DNA of 64,000 nucleotides, taken from NCBI GenBank assembly GCA_012295275.1, contig CM022674.1, positions 10,478,001-10,542,000 of the forward strand, read 5' to 3'. The notes under the pieces were generated by a model, which saw only the letters and a list, made by a program, of their open reading frames with translations, was not told where the DNA came from and ran no database searches. The position numbers and the translations under genes were made by a program. The stretch is from Chrysomallon squamiferum (Eukaryota; Animalia; Mollusca). Each line of letters begins with the position of its first letter. The first letter of the stretch is position 1. Below, piece after piece: positions 1 to 20,950 of this stretch.

Positions 1-7973
<7,973 letters not shown>

Positions 7974-8002
7974 TTTTCCATTTAGAAATATCTGTATTAA
8001 AG

Positions 8003-8232
8003 CAGTAAAATGTAATGGATACAAGGATATTAAGATGACAGTAATATAACAGTAAAATGCAATCGATACAAGGATATTAAGATGAGAGCAGTATAACAGT
8101 AAAATGCAATGGATACAAAGATATTAAGATGAGAGTAGTATAACAGTAAAATGCAATGGATACAAGGATATTAAGATGAGAGCAGTAAAACAATAAAATG
8201 CAATGGATACAAGGATATGAAGATGAGGTTAG
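8003..8232 (+). repeat. 47-bp minisatellite, ~5 copies
   Basis: Unit cagtaaaatgcaatggatacaaggatattaagatgagagcagtataa at 8003, 8050, 8097, 8144 and 8191. Confidence 0.95.
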
Positions 8233-8588
8233 TACAACTGTGAATTGAATCGGAGTACACCAAAAGACGCCCAGAGCTTACGTAAATTCACAAACACGAA
8301 GAGATATAATTTGATAGAAATGCACAGCTCGTATCCACGTTACAGGTTTAAAACATGAGTTCACTAACACTGATAACAACATGTTAACAAAAAATCATAG
8401 GCTAGAGTCCATTTCAATTTCCACGTTAATAAATATTAAACTGTAGATATGTATGTTATAATTATTAACGAAGAAATCTTATGCATTTTCATTAAGCATT
8501 ATTATGAGCAGTGAACTATGAATATCATCGTAAACATATATACTTATGTTTTTCTTAAATAAATTCCGTTTACCAGGAATCAGGTAGG

Positions 8589-8641
<53 letters not shown>

Positions 8642-9685
8642 TGTGTGTGTTATGATTATTAGCAAAGAAATTATAATTTATAAATATAAACTTTAGTTAC
8701 CTATACATGAAAGACTATTTCGACAAACAATGAAACTGATACATTACAAACAAAGATACATTTACTGCAGTTTCCAGTTCGTTAAATACAGAAACTGAAA
8801 TCGGTATAAAACACCCATAAAACATTCACTTCTGGTCCATATAAATCCAAATAATGTCAGATTTTTATAAAGACATGTCACTTTATAATCCAGTAGTGTT
8901 TAAATATTAAATATGAACAATACATTTAGATACTCTTTAATTTATAAACTGATAATATTTATATATATATATATATATATTAATGAAAAACATGATATTA
9001 TATTCACTTTTGAGGCAGATATAAATCACGTACTTTTTGATAAAAACAGGCAATCTTATATCCATATTAGTTTTCATAATATTCATAAAAAAAGTATTTT
9101 TCTTAAAGTCAAGTTACGTTAAAGGTAAACAAAAAATACCCCCCCAAAAAAAAAAAAGAAACCACACACATTATTGACGAAAATGAACAGTCCCGTCTCA
9201 GCTTATATAAATCCAAATATAGAAATAATATTCTCGCCTGTTACTGACACACAGCAGGTCAATTTCAGTCTGACATCAGCACAAAACGAAGAAAAACAAC
9301 TATACAACTTTTAGTTCATGTTCGTCTGCACTTCGGTCGAGCTCCGAATCAAACAAGGAGGCAGTTTAGTGTAAAAAATCTGTTTTACTTGTTGTCACGT
9401 TAAACCTGGTAGAATTTACAAACTGGAGGAACGAGAATCACTTTAAAAATATCACTTAAAGCGGAAAGCTAGTATCTTGTGACATAGTAGTGTAGAAATG
9501 TGGGTAATACTACTTTCAGTGTTCGTAATGAATGATTGACAAGTTGGGGGCGGGGCGTGAATGGAGCGATACATAACAGGGGTAAAGAAGGGAAGCTTCT
9601 GATAAAGCCACATAAAAACAAATATAAAAGTGTTTAGTGTCCACCCAGATTAATTCTTCCATGTAGAGAGGGAGGTTTTCATTTT

Positions 9686-9717
<32 letters not shown>

Positions 9718-9729
9718 TTGTTTGTTGAT

Positions 9730-9770
<41 letters not shown>

Positions 9771-9878
9771 TCGGTTTTGTTTTTATTATTATTATTTTTT
9801 TTTTTTTTTTGTATTTTTCGGGGTTTTTTTTCGAGTTGTCTTTTGATTTCTTTGGTTACCTTTTTTTTTTCTCTTTGT

Positions 9879-9924
<46 letters not shown>

Positions 9925-10885
9925 TAGAATGACAGTGTATTATTCATGGACAGACGATATGACAGGAAGATACTGAATATCAGAAAGAATTCTAGCTACA
10001 AACAACACCAGAAAATATAGAAATTACAATGAAACCTTTTTTCGAATGATATTAAAAATGTGTAAACCCTGAGTGAAGCCCAACAACATATTAGTTCCAG
10101 AAGCGAGATATCTAAGTGAAGCGTGCATACAACCCATTCTTAAACTGACACCCTGCAGTCTACATTAACTGCGCAAATACAATTTTCTGTCTATTTATAG
10201 ATGACACAAAGGATGTTTTGGCCTTCTGTTCCTTTCATACATTTAATAATCGACAATGAAGTAAACCAAACACGTTTATTTAAATAAGTTATGTTACTGA
10301 AACAATGACATTTATTATATTAATGTTGGTATTTCCCTGTCTATAAATAGCAAGAACCGTAATTCTGGATGAACTTATCTGCAACGGTTCAGTGTGTAAA
10401 CCAGTGTATTTGATACATTGAATTTGTAGAGAGACAGAATGTTTTCCCTAGCGAGATCCTCTGCTTAAGTATGTTGTACTTGTGTCTGTTTTTATATGTT
10501 TATACCTAGTGTGTCTGCATAATTAATGTGTATATAATATTGTTGTAATGTTTGAATGTATCTGCGTGTCTTTGTATATGCATTTGTATGTGTATCTTGT
10601 GTGTGTGTCCGTGTGTGTGTGTGTGTTTCACGTCGGTTTTTAAATGACTCAAAAGACAGAAACGTAAAAGGCAATTTTACTAAACAAGAGACAACTAACA
10701 AAACATTTTTTTTTAAAATTCCTAATCAACGACAGTTCACAAGAATATATGCAACATAACAATACATGACTTGTCAACCCTCACAGTCTCTTAAATAGCG
10801 TTATGAGCGTAGGTGTGTATACATGTATGTACGTATATGTATGTGTATGTGATTTTTGTGTGGGTCGGTGTGTGTGTGGTAAACC

Positions 10886-10920
<35 letters not shown>

Positions 10921-11114
10921 TACAGCCAATATGTGAAAGAAGTCATCTAGTCTAATGCCTGAAATGTTTAGGTTTAGCCTAACTCCCAAGACTGTCAGAC
11001 ATTTGGCCTAATGTCTAAGATTTTCAATAATTAGGCCAAACTACTGAAATAGACCTCAAGTCATTAGGCAAAATGACTGAATGAAAAAGAATGACTTACA
11101 GTTTGATGAAGAGA

Positions 11115-11740
11115 TTTATTTCGTAACTCATCTAGTAGAGTTCTGTTTATTACAGCAGTTCAAACGTTTGTTTTCGAAACATACACGTTTTGTTTGACAG
11201 CTCGTTTTTCCTCTATAGTTGCATTTCACAAACCCTTGTCCTCCTGCGTAACTCCTTTGACACTGCTGCTCTAAAAGCATTTTGACACATCATACAACAA
11301 AAGCAGTCTCTGGGAACACACATCAAACTGGTTCCTGGAATATTTACCTTTCATCCGCTCGTCTTGCTGAAACTGTTCATCTTCGGCGAACTTATGCTTG
11401 TCGCTGACGTCGTCACAGGAACTCTACTTTTGGCGTCAACTGGTCATCCTCGGAGTGGAACCGCAGCTGGTCAGACCTGGCGTCTTCATCTGTTTGGCGT
11501 TTCTTGTCCATTTTCTGCACGTCTGCGCACTGAAGAATTTCAAACGTGGACATGAGGTAGTAAGTACTCGTGGTGGGTTTTTCCCGTGGTCGGTTTTTCC
11601 CGTGGTCAGCAGAGATCTTCTCTAGCTGGTCCATAATCAAGAAGTGCTCATCCTTTGTTATGTACACTCGCCTTCATAACTCATACTTCGTAAACAATCT
11701 CTCTTAAAGCGGACTTCCAAAAGAACCACAATGGTGGACA
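11115..11740 (-). mobile_element. Internally deleted KRBA2/SCAND3-like (Ginger2-type) integrase transposon relic
   Basis: N-terminal motif YYLMSTFEILQCADVQKMDKKR lies close to C-terminal motifs KGKYSRNQFDVCSQRLL and GGQGFVKCN..CQTKR (frameshifted). The DDE integrase core is absent. Family recognised from remembered motifs, not a search. Confidence 0.65.
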
Positions 11741-11794
11741 AATAAGTGATCTGAATGCGATCAGGAACTACTGTATTTTATACCACCTATTACC

Positions 11795-11849
<55 letters not shown>

Positions 11850-12387
11850 TGTCTGTCTATAAATGTACATATATATATATATATACACACACACACAAAC
11901 GCACGCAGGCATATGCATACATACATACTTACAATATATACACATATAGTTATATGTATTATTTTTAATCACCGTTACAAATATCCTAAGGGATTAAGTA
12001 AAATATCTTTGTTTTGTTTTCAAAGATAAAACGTTATTTAAAATATTATCATAGTGGGGAAAAACGCCTCGCTTGGACATGCCATAACCAAATTAAAATA
12101 AAATATATTTAACTATAGAAACCAAAGTTATAAAGACAAAGTCGTCAAATTACAATCCATCCAATCTAACAACAGACATATGATTAATTAAAACACCTAA
12201 GTACATTAATACATAATGATATGAGCCGCCTCCAATTAATGGGTATGCGCCGATTAATGACCGCTGTAGACAAAATATGTCTTATCCCGAGTAAATTGAT
12301 TACGGCAATAATCTTGAAAACAACTAAAATACCTAAATACATTAATACGTAACGATATGAGCCGAGTGCTATAAAATAACGCACAGA

Positions 12388-12541
12388 CCAGTGTCCAGTT
12401 ACAACGCACTTGGCTGTCCAGCACTAAACACTTCGGAACTCGGCTCATCTCACTTTCATTTTTATATTTAGACTGGACCCCATTGCTCCCAGACTGCATT
12501 CCCCAAAGTAGTTATATAGCAAAATACCCACGGTTAAAATC
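12388..12541 (+). repeat. Left copy of 154-bp direct repeat flanking the LINE (putative target-site duplication)
   Basis: Matches 19568-19721 with 5 substitutions and no indels. Confidence 0.95.
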
Positions 12542-13275
12542 ACCAAAGACAAAAATAAACACGGTTATAATATTCATGTGTTTTTGCATAAACTAGATTT
12601 TGTGTTTATAATCAACCTTTTATATATGTGTGTGTGTTTGTATTTATGATTATTATTAGTAGTAGTAGTAGTAGTAGTTGCCGTAGTAGTCGTAGTCGTA
12701 GTCGTAGTATTAGTAGTAGTAGTAATTTTATTATTATTTGATTGTTTGTTTTATTTTTATTTATTTAAAATCATGTTAACGCATACATATATATACTGAA
12801 ATAAATAAATGAATAAATAAATAAAACAGGCACAAATTTAAATAAATAATTCAACAAATAATCAAATAACCACACAAACAAACAAACCGAAAGACGGGGG
12901 ATTCTTCTCACAACACACGCTTGATCATCGTCACGGTCGGTCCCGACATGGTGTAAGCTGTGAAGATCACTCACGGGTGGATTGTGCTTTGTGCTGACTG
13001 AGCGGAATTCAGAAACGAAAAAGATACTGTACCTTTTTTCTTTATTTATTTAGATTTAAATTCTTATTTATATTATTTGTAGGCTTTTGTATTATTGTTA
13101 CTTTTATTACTCTTCTTTTTATTTTCTGCTGTTTGCTATTCTTTTACTTTCCGGTATCTCAAATAACCGATATATCTTTTATCTTTATCTCGATCTGAAA
13201 GTGAGTTGCGTTCAGCTTTAGTGTTTTAGTGTTTTTTGAATTAATATAGAATTGTCTATATATTTAAAAAAAAAA

Positions 13276-13316
<41 letters not shown>

Positions 13317-13395
13317 GCAATTTAAATATATTATTGAAACCGATATACTTTTTTTAAAAACACACAAAACAACAACAACCCATACATACACAAAC

Positions 13396-14863
13396 ATGGC
13401 AACAAAAAACATTTACAGCTCGGGAATCGATACCTCGGAGATGGAAACTAGGGTTCCAAAACGACCCAGGGACAGGAGCCCTAGCTCCGTCGAAAAAACA
13501 AAAAACAGGAAACAAAAGAAAATAATCGATATCACAGTCGAACACACACATTCCGAAACTGAAACTGAAGAACAAAAAATTATTAATAGAAATCTCAACA
13601 TTTTGGCAAGGCTAAGAGAATCGGATAGCGAAGACGAAAGCGAGCCAAACGCGTGGAAAATAATTAAAAGAAAAAAAACAAAACACACCCACAGCCGAAC
13701 CACCATCGCAGTTCACAAAAAAAAACTACACAAACATCGACAAACAGTTGCGCTATCTAATAGAAGCGCAAATTCACATCATGGACAAAACGACAAAAGT
13801 CAACAAAAATAATAACGGAAAAGAAATCTACTTCGAAGTAGATACAAAAACACTTAAAACAATTGGTCCCAACATCACAATCTGGGACGAAACATTTGTT
13901 ATCAGGGTTTTAGCCAAACTAATCCCCGATACCAAACAACCACAGAAAACACCCACACCACAACCCAGAAAAACACTACTGGCAACACCGCAGACAAAAC
14001 AAACGCCTACTACCAAACAGCAACAACAACAACCTAAACACACAACAAAATCAAAAGAAACAACATACAAATATATCTCCAAAGATTTGGGTTTTTATTA
14101 CCCACACGCTAACAAACTAGATTTTTTTGAAATATTCAACAAAGAGCTGGTAGAACAAACAAAATCAACTCTAGTCGGTGTGGAAATGTGGAGAAAACCA
14201 AACTACTGGACCACACTGACATTCAACAACAAACTTACAAACACAACCATCACCATCGATGGGTACAAGTACACACTGGCAGAAATGAGGCCGCAGTTGC
14301 CCAAGTGCGGCCACTGTCAGAAATGGGGGCACATCACAAACCAGTGCTCCCACAGAAACAACCAGAAACATTTAACATGCAGTTTCTGTGGTGGAAATCA
14401 CCACAGAAACTCAGGCCAATGCCGGTCTCTGGCAAAATGCGCAAATTGCCAGGGACCACACGAATCGCACTACAAGATGTGCCCAGCAAAGATGCAAGCA
14501 AACAACAAATTCGAACACAACAGAAGAGACAACAAAATTATACAAAACGTCAACAAGAAATGCCAGAAAATAGAAGAAAAAACCAAAACCATCATAGAAA
14601 CAAAAATTAAACAACAGAACGACAAACCAAAAGACAATCTCGACAAGGAGGTCAGGATTGCAGAAATACACAAAATCATTGTCTGCCTCCTGATTGAGCT
14701 TCAGAACATCAGGACCAACAAAGGAAACACGAATGATGAAGCCAATTTGGAGCAGACAGTAGCCCACATAATTGAAGACAGCTTGGGCTTCAAAATCGAC
14801 ACGCAGGACAAAAGACTAAAATTACACACAGACAGGAGAAATCCTACAAGCACAAAACAGTGA
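13396..14863 (+). pseudogene. LINE ORF1 gag-like nucleic-acid chaperone (one frameshift)
   Basis: ATG at 13396; likely frameshift in the A-run near 13717-13725; knuckles CGHCQKWGHITNQC, CSFCGGNH..QC, CANCQGPHESHYKMC. Confidence 0.88.
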
Positions 14864-17800
14864 ACAAAAACAAAACAAAAACAAACAGTAACAACCATTT
14901 ACAAACTCTTCACGACAAGCACGCCAAGAACACAGGTCTCTCCGTCCTTCAATGGAACGCCAAAGGCCTTCACTCAACAGGCCACGGAGACGAACTACTA
15001 CACTTCCTGGCCTCCACTACAAACACACCGGACATAATATGCATTCAAGAAACATGGCTGGGACATCACAACAAAAACAACAAAACAACAAAAACCTTTA
15101 CGATCCCCGGGTACCAAAGTCATTACGTCAACAGATACAACAGCACCCGGGGAGGCATCATGACTCTCGTCAAACAAGACGTTCCACACACCAAGCTGAA
15201 CGAAGCCAAAGTTCACGCCAACATCGAAATACTCAGCATCACAATACACAACAACAATCAAAACATCGACATCATTAACATATACAGCCCACCCACTCCC
15301 GCACTACACACCATTCAAACCCAAGATTTAAATAAAATAATCACAACAAACAACAAGGTCATTATAGTGGGCGATTTCAACTGTCACAACACCCTATGGG
15401 GTGGCTCGACAGACGACAGCCCTGGAATCGTCCTCGAAGATTTCCTGGAACAAAACCAGCTGGTCTGTTTGAACGACGGAACATTCACATACACTAGCGA
15501 CATCAATGGTGGCCAAACCGCCATTGATGTAACATTCACAAGCAAGGACATCGCAGCACTCTCCGAATGGCAAGTGCTCGATGAGCTAAACAGCGACCAC
15601 CACCCGATACGCACCAACTACAACAGCAAGAACACCTTCTCGGACAGATCCATCTTCACACCGAAATGGAACTTCAACAAAGCAGACTGGGAAGGCTTCT
15701 ACACAGCATGCAGAAACATCAAATCGCAGAACTCCAACGACATCGACGCCTACTGCGCATCACTCACCAACACGATACACGCCACTGCAATCAGATACAT
15801 ACCCAAAACCAGAAAATGCACCGGCAAAATATCCACTCCCTGGTGGACGGAACGCATAGAAAACAAATGCAAGGAGAGAAACAAATACAGAAGACAATAT
15901 AAAAAAGACAGAAATCATTCTACGCACGAAAAATACACAATATCAAAAAAAGAAGTTTCCAACCTAATACTCACAGCGAAACAAGAACACTGGGAACTTT
16001 TTTGCAACAACATCAACCACAAAACATCAGTCAAAGACATGTGGGCCAAAGTAAAAAACATTCAAGGAAAAAAAACCCACAGAATTAACACTCTCGGCAA
16101 AAGCAACATCGCATTCACTGACAAGCAAAAAGCGGACCTACTCAGCCAAACCTTCGCCAAGTCCAGCAGCAATTCGAACTTCCCACTGAAGTTCGCAAAG
16201 AAACAACTGGACAACCAAGCAATCGGCGAACAGTCCGCAGACACAGAAAACAGAACATATAATCAACTATTTAACATCAGTGAATTAAAATATGCACTCA
16301 AAAACAAGAAAAGTACAGCCACGGGGCCAGATAAAATAAGTTAAACAATATTACAACATCTACCAGACGAAACCCTACTGGTTATACTCGAACTTTACAA
16401 CACAATATGGACAACCGGCAAGATTCCAACAAACTGGAAACACGCCGAATGTTTCAGCTTGCCCAAACCACACAAAGATCACTCACTACCCAACAGCTAC
16501 AGGCCGATCACGCTGACGTCACATATGTGTAAAACTTTCGAAACAATGATTAACACACGCCTAAACCAGCATTTAAACGACAACAATTTAATCAGCAAAT
16601 TTCAAAGCGGCTTCAGGAAGAAACACAGCACTAACGACCAGATCACACGCCTGCATACATCAATTAATCAATCTTTTCGAAAATCAAAAAAAGTTATAGC
16701 AGTATTTTTAGACATAGAAAAAGCATTCGACATGGTATGGAGGGAAGGACTGTTAATTAAATTAATAAATAACAACATTAAAGGCAACATGTTCAACTTC
16801 ATCAAAGACTTTATCAACAACAGATCCATAGCAGTCAAAGTAAACGGTCACACCTCAGAGAAAACGACAATCGAAAACGGCATCCCCCACACTCGCCCAC
16901 ACTCTTCAACATCTACATCAACGACATCGTCACAGCACTCGACCGACAAGACAACGACAGAAATCCGCCAAAGGAGCCGATAAACACAGCACTCTTTGCA
17001 GACGACTGCGCCTTTTGGCGGGCAGGAAGATCGACCGCAGCAATACAGAAACAAATACAAAAAGACTTAAACAACATAAACGATTGGGCGTTGAAATGGG
17101 GCATAAAGATTTCTCTCTCGAAAACGACGTGCCTCCTTTTCAACAAGAAATCAGACAACAGTAAGATCACTCTCAACATCGACAACAACTTCATAACACA
17201 AACAAAGACATTCAAATTTCTAGGTGTGACATTCGACAGTCAACTCAACTTCCGATGCCACATATATAACATAATTGCCTCCTGCAAAAAAACAATCAAT
17301 CTTCTCAAGTTAATTTCTGGAACCAGTTGGGGAGCAAACGAGTCAACGCTGATTTTGATACACAAAGCATGTATTCTCTCCAAGCTCGACTACGGAGCCA
17401 CGGCTTACTCGAATGCTCCCAAACTTTATTTTTAAAAAACTAGATATAATCCAATCAAGTGCCCTCAGGGTGATCGGCCACCTGCCAAACTCAACACCAT
17501 CCGACAGCCTCCTGTCGGAATACAGCATCCAACCATTAAAATACAGAAGAAAACTGCAGCTACTAAAATACAACCTGAAAATACACACACTCAACACAGA
17601 CCACCCGGTCAAGGATCTGGTCCCCGACGAACAAAGGATAGGACAACTCTTCAAATCGCATAGTCTACTACTATCGAATTTCCCGACAACAGCTAGCGAA
17701 ATCGAAAGGGAAACAGGAATAGGTGAAATGCCACTGCCGGCATACCACAAAGAAAGAAAACCAACAATCAACACACCTTTCCTGATCAAAAGAGAAACTG

Positions 17801-18745
17801 ACAAAACAGAGATCCAACCATTCAAAAAAATCATTTTTTTTGGCAGCAGCAAACGACCACTACAAACAACACACGCACATCTACACTGACGGATCCAAAA
17901 ACCCAGACAACGGGAGAGTAGGATTCGCCTTCATAGCTCAAAATCACACAAACAAACCCACATGCATACAATTCGGCCGTATCAGAAATCACCTTTCGGT
18001 ATACACGGCCGAGTTGGTAGCCATCATCAGAGCCATGCTGTGGGTAAAACGCAACAACAACAAACACACAGTCATTTTCTCGGACAGTCTAAGTTCCGTG
18101 ATCTCAATACAATCCGGAAGTTCAAGCAGACCAGACCTGCTCAGCAAAATACAACAACTACACGAAGAAATACAACACAACAATAAAGAAGTAACCATCG
18201 AGTGGCTCCCAGCACACGTCGGCATCCTCGGCAACGAACTTGCCGACCATTACGCCAAAGAGTCACTCACCATTAAAGACGAAGACATCTGCACAGACAT
18301 ACATTACGGAATAAACGAAATAGTCTCCATCGCTGCCAAACATTACGACAAACAATGGCAGAACGAATGGAACAACACGAAAAACAAATGGCACTTAAAC
18401 ATCAAACCACTCGCCAAAACACCCAAAATCACACTCGCCAACAAACTACACAACAACAACCTCACCAAAGTCAGAATTGGTTACTCAAACAACTTAAACG
18501 CAATTCTATACAAACATAATATCATCACATCACCCAACTGCAGTTGCGGACTCTCAGAAACCATGAAACACTACTTGTTTCACTGTCCAAACTTTGCCAA
18601 GGAAAGACAAGCACTACGCAATACATTGGAGGAACTAAAAATCGAGTTCACGCTCCAACACATCCTGGCACCAAACGTGAAAGACAGAGAGTTAGTCCTC
18701 GCTGCAGTAACAAATTACATTCTCAAAACAAAACACAAACTATAA
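14860..18745 (+). pseudogene. LINE ORF2: apurinic-like endonuclease, reverse transcriptase, RNase H, C-terminal Zn knuckle
   Basis: EN motifs QWNAKG, IQETW, GDFNCH, SDHHP. RT motifs YRPITLTS, QSGFR, FLDIEKAFD, LFADD (near 16992-17006), KFLGV. RNase H motifs IYTDGS, AEL, FSDS, WLPAHVGILGNELAD. Knuckle CSCG..ETMKHYLFHC. Lesions: TAA 16342-16344, deletion removing the QGS motif near 16890, frameshifts near 17430 and 17840. Confidence 0.95.
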
Positions 18746-18969
18746 CCTTTTTTTTTTTTTTTTTTTTTTTTTCACACGAAAACCAACAACAATTATATAA
18801 ATGTATTGACCTGCGGATTGATTGGTTGAACAGCTGATGGATCTACGGATGGATCGGCTGATTGACGGATCAATTTAAATGGCCAATTAAATTAATAATT
18901 AAAAAAATGATAAACATACTACACGAACCCACTTTCAGACATTACTAACCCGGTTATGGTGTCTTATTT

Positions 18970-19003
<34 letters not shown>

Positions 19004-19567
19004 CCATATTCTTTGTCCTAGCTTCACATCTTTTAAATTAAAATAAAATGTAAATATGTTAACTACATTTATGTTCTTATTTGTTTTTTAGTTGCAGGTT
19101 TTTTTAAAATAATATCTTTTAAAAACAATAAAAAGACCATTGGCAAAAAAAAAAAAAAAAAAAACAGGTTTGGACCACGTGGACCATAAGGAAGCAGCCA
19201 AAAAGGAACAACAACAGCAGCCAAAAAGAAACAACATCAGAAGCCAATAAGAAACAACGACAGCAGCCAAGAGCAGAACAACCAGGACAGCAAACAACAC
19301 AGACCCGGTGATGGCTGAGAGATTGTGCCGGATATCACGGGGGCGAATTGCGGCTGCGATACATCCGTACCGACTCGTTACGATCCGATATGCTGGACAC
19401 TCCCTTGTGTCCTGCAATCGTGGCGAGAATCCATTCTTTTCCCTACCCAAAACTCTTTTCTGCGACGGACGCGCCCGCTGACCTGTCAGAAGGCGTGCCC
19501 GTCGCAGACGTGCTTCACAACAGCTTGCTCTGATTAGCACGTTAATTTTTTTCCATTCCATTCCATT

Positions 19568-19721
19568 CCAGTGTCCAGTTACAACGCATTTGGCTGTCCA
19601 GCACTAAACACTTCGGAACTCGGCTGATCTCACTTTCATTTTTATATTTAGACTGGACCCCATTACTCCCAGACTGCATTCCCCAAAGTATTTATATAGC
19701 AAAATGCCCACGGTTAAAATC
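19568..19721 (+). repeat. Right copy of 154-bp direct repeat, starting at the (TTCCA)n tail
   Basis: Matches 12388-12541; the first three bases CCA are shared with the tail. Confidence 0.95.
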
Positions 19722-20204
19722 TCGATAAAGCTGGGATCGATCCTTATAATCTACCGCTATCAGGAGAAAGTTTCAAGTACCAGTAATAGTTCTCGTTTTT
19801 ATATTATCATAAATTTATCTTTATCCAGAAAACGAATTAAAATAAAATAATTCAGCAACATTTGCTTACATAAATTTAAATTTAACAACTCTTTCCAAAG
19901 ATAACAATTATATAACTAAATTTAACAAGGGTTATAAATTTACATTTAGCAATTGTTTCAAAATTAGTAGTTTATAAATCTATATGAAATAAATGCTAAA
20001 AGAAATAAACAGTTCAGATATTTTCTTTCTATTTTTTTTTTTTTTTTTTTAATGAAATTGTCTTAAGTATTTTGATTAAACAAAATATTCCTGTAAATTG
20101 GAATAGTGTTTCGTTTTTTATTTTTATTTCATTTCTCAAGTTAATAATTTAGGCTAGCACTATTGTATCGTTTCAACTAATAACCATGTTTTAATTTAAA
20201 AAAG

Positions 20205-20950
20205 ACGACTGTAGACTTTTCATTACAGTTTTAGTTCAAAACAGAAGTTGTTGGAATTTTCATGACAGTTTTAATTCAAATCCGAAGATACTCTAATTTT
20301 CTTTACAGTTTTATTTCAAAACAGAAGATACTCGAATTTTCGACACAGCTTTAGGTCAAAACAGCATATGGTGGAATTTTCCTTACAGTTTTAGTTCTAA
20401 CGTGAAGATGAACGAATGTCCATTATAATTTTAGTTCAGAAAAGGATATGGTGGAATTTTCAGTAGTTTGAATTCAAAACAGAAATAGGTCGAATTGTCA
20501 TAACAGTTTTCGTTCAAAATTGAAGGTGGTCGAATTTTCTTTAGAGATTTAGTCCGAAACAGGAGATTGTGAAATTTTCATTACATTTTTAGTTCAAAAC
20601 AGAAGACGGTCATTTTTGTAATTACAGATATAGCTTTAGTCAGAAGACAGACAAATGTTCCTAAACTATTTGTTCAAAACACAAGATGGTTGAATTTGTA
20701 TTACTGTTTCAATTTATAACAGAAGATGTTCAAATTCTCAATCATGTTTTAGTTCAAAACCGATGATGGTCGAATTGTCATTACCGTTTCAATTTATGAC
20801 AGAAGATGTTCAAATTCTCAATCCTGTTTTAGTTCAAAACCGATGATGGTCGAATTGTCATTACAGTTTCAATTTATAACAGAAGATGTTCAAATTCTCA
20901 ATCCTGATTTAGTTCAAAACAGAAGATGGACGAATTTTCATTACAGTTTT
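20205..20950 (+). repeat. ~40-bp minisatellite (~18 copies) with an 80-bp higher-order block
   Basis: Unit approx ttagttcaaaacagaagatggtcgaattttcattacagtt; 80-bp dimers at 20672, 20752, 20832; the last unit is the coding end of the FReD exon. Confidence 0.92.

Larger units (their letters stand above)
12542..19570 (+). mobile_element. Near-full-length non-LTR retrotransposon, I group (I/Nimb/Ingi-like, RNase H-containing), inactivated
   Basis: ORF1 with three CCHC knuckles; ORF2 APE-RT-RNaseH-CCHC; ~820-nt 3'UTR with terminal hairpins; (TTCCA)4 tail at 19551-19570; flanked by a 154-bp direct repeat. The 5' end is placed at the end of the left repeat (inference). Confidence 0.92.

Noticed and set aside
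12990-13022. CTGACTGAG...GAAAC near the LINE 5' region as a possible hammerhead ribozyme
   Set aside because: The core is not CUGAnGA and I could not build the three flanking stems; no HDV-like fold was evident by eye either.
19088-19561. 157-aa antisense ORF in the LINE 3'UTR, and other antisense ORFs over ORF1/ORF2
   Set aside because: By-product of the strong A/C strand bias, which gives few stops on the minus strand; no motifs.
20205-20950. Regular ~40-bp periodicity resembling a CRISPR array
   Set aside because: No unique spacers, no cas genes, eukaryotic context; the unit derives from the FReD coding end.
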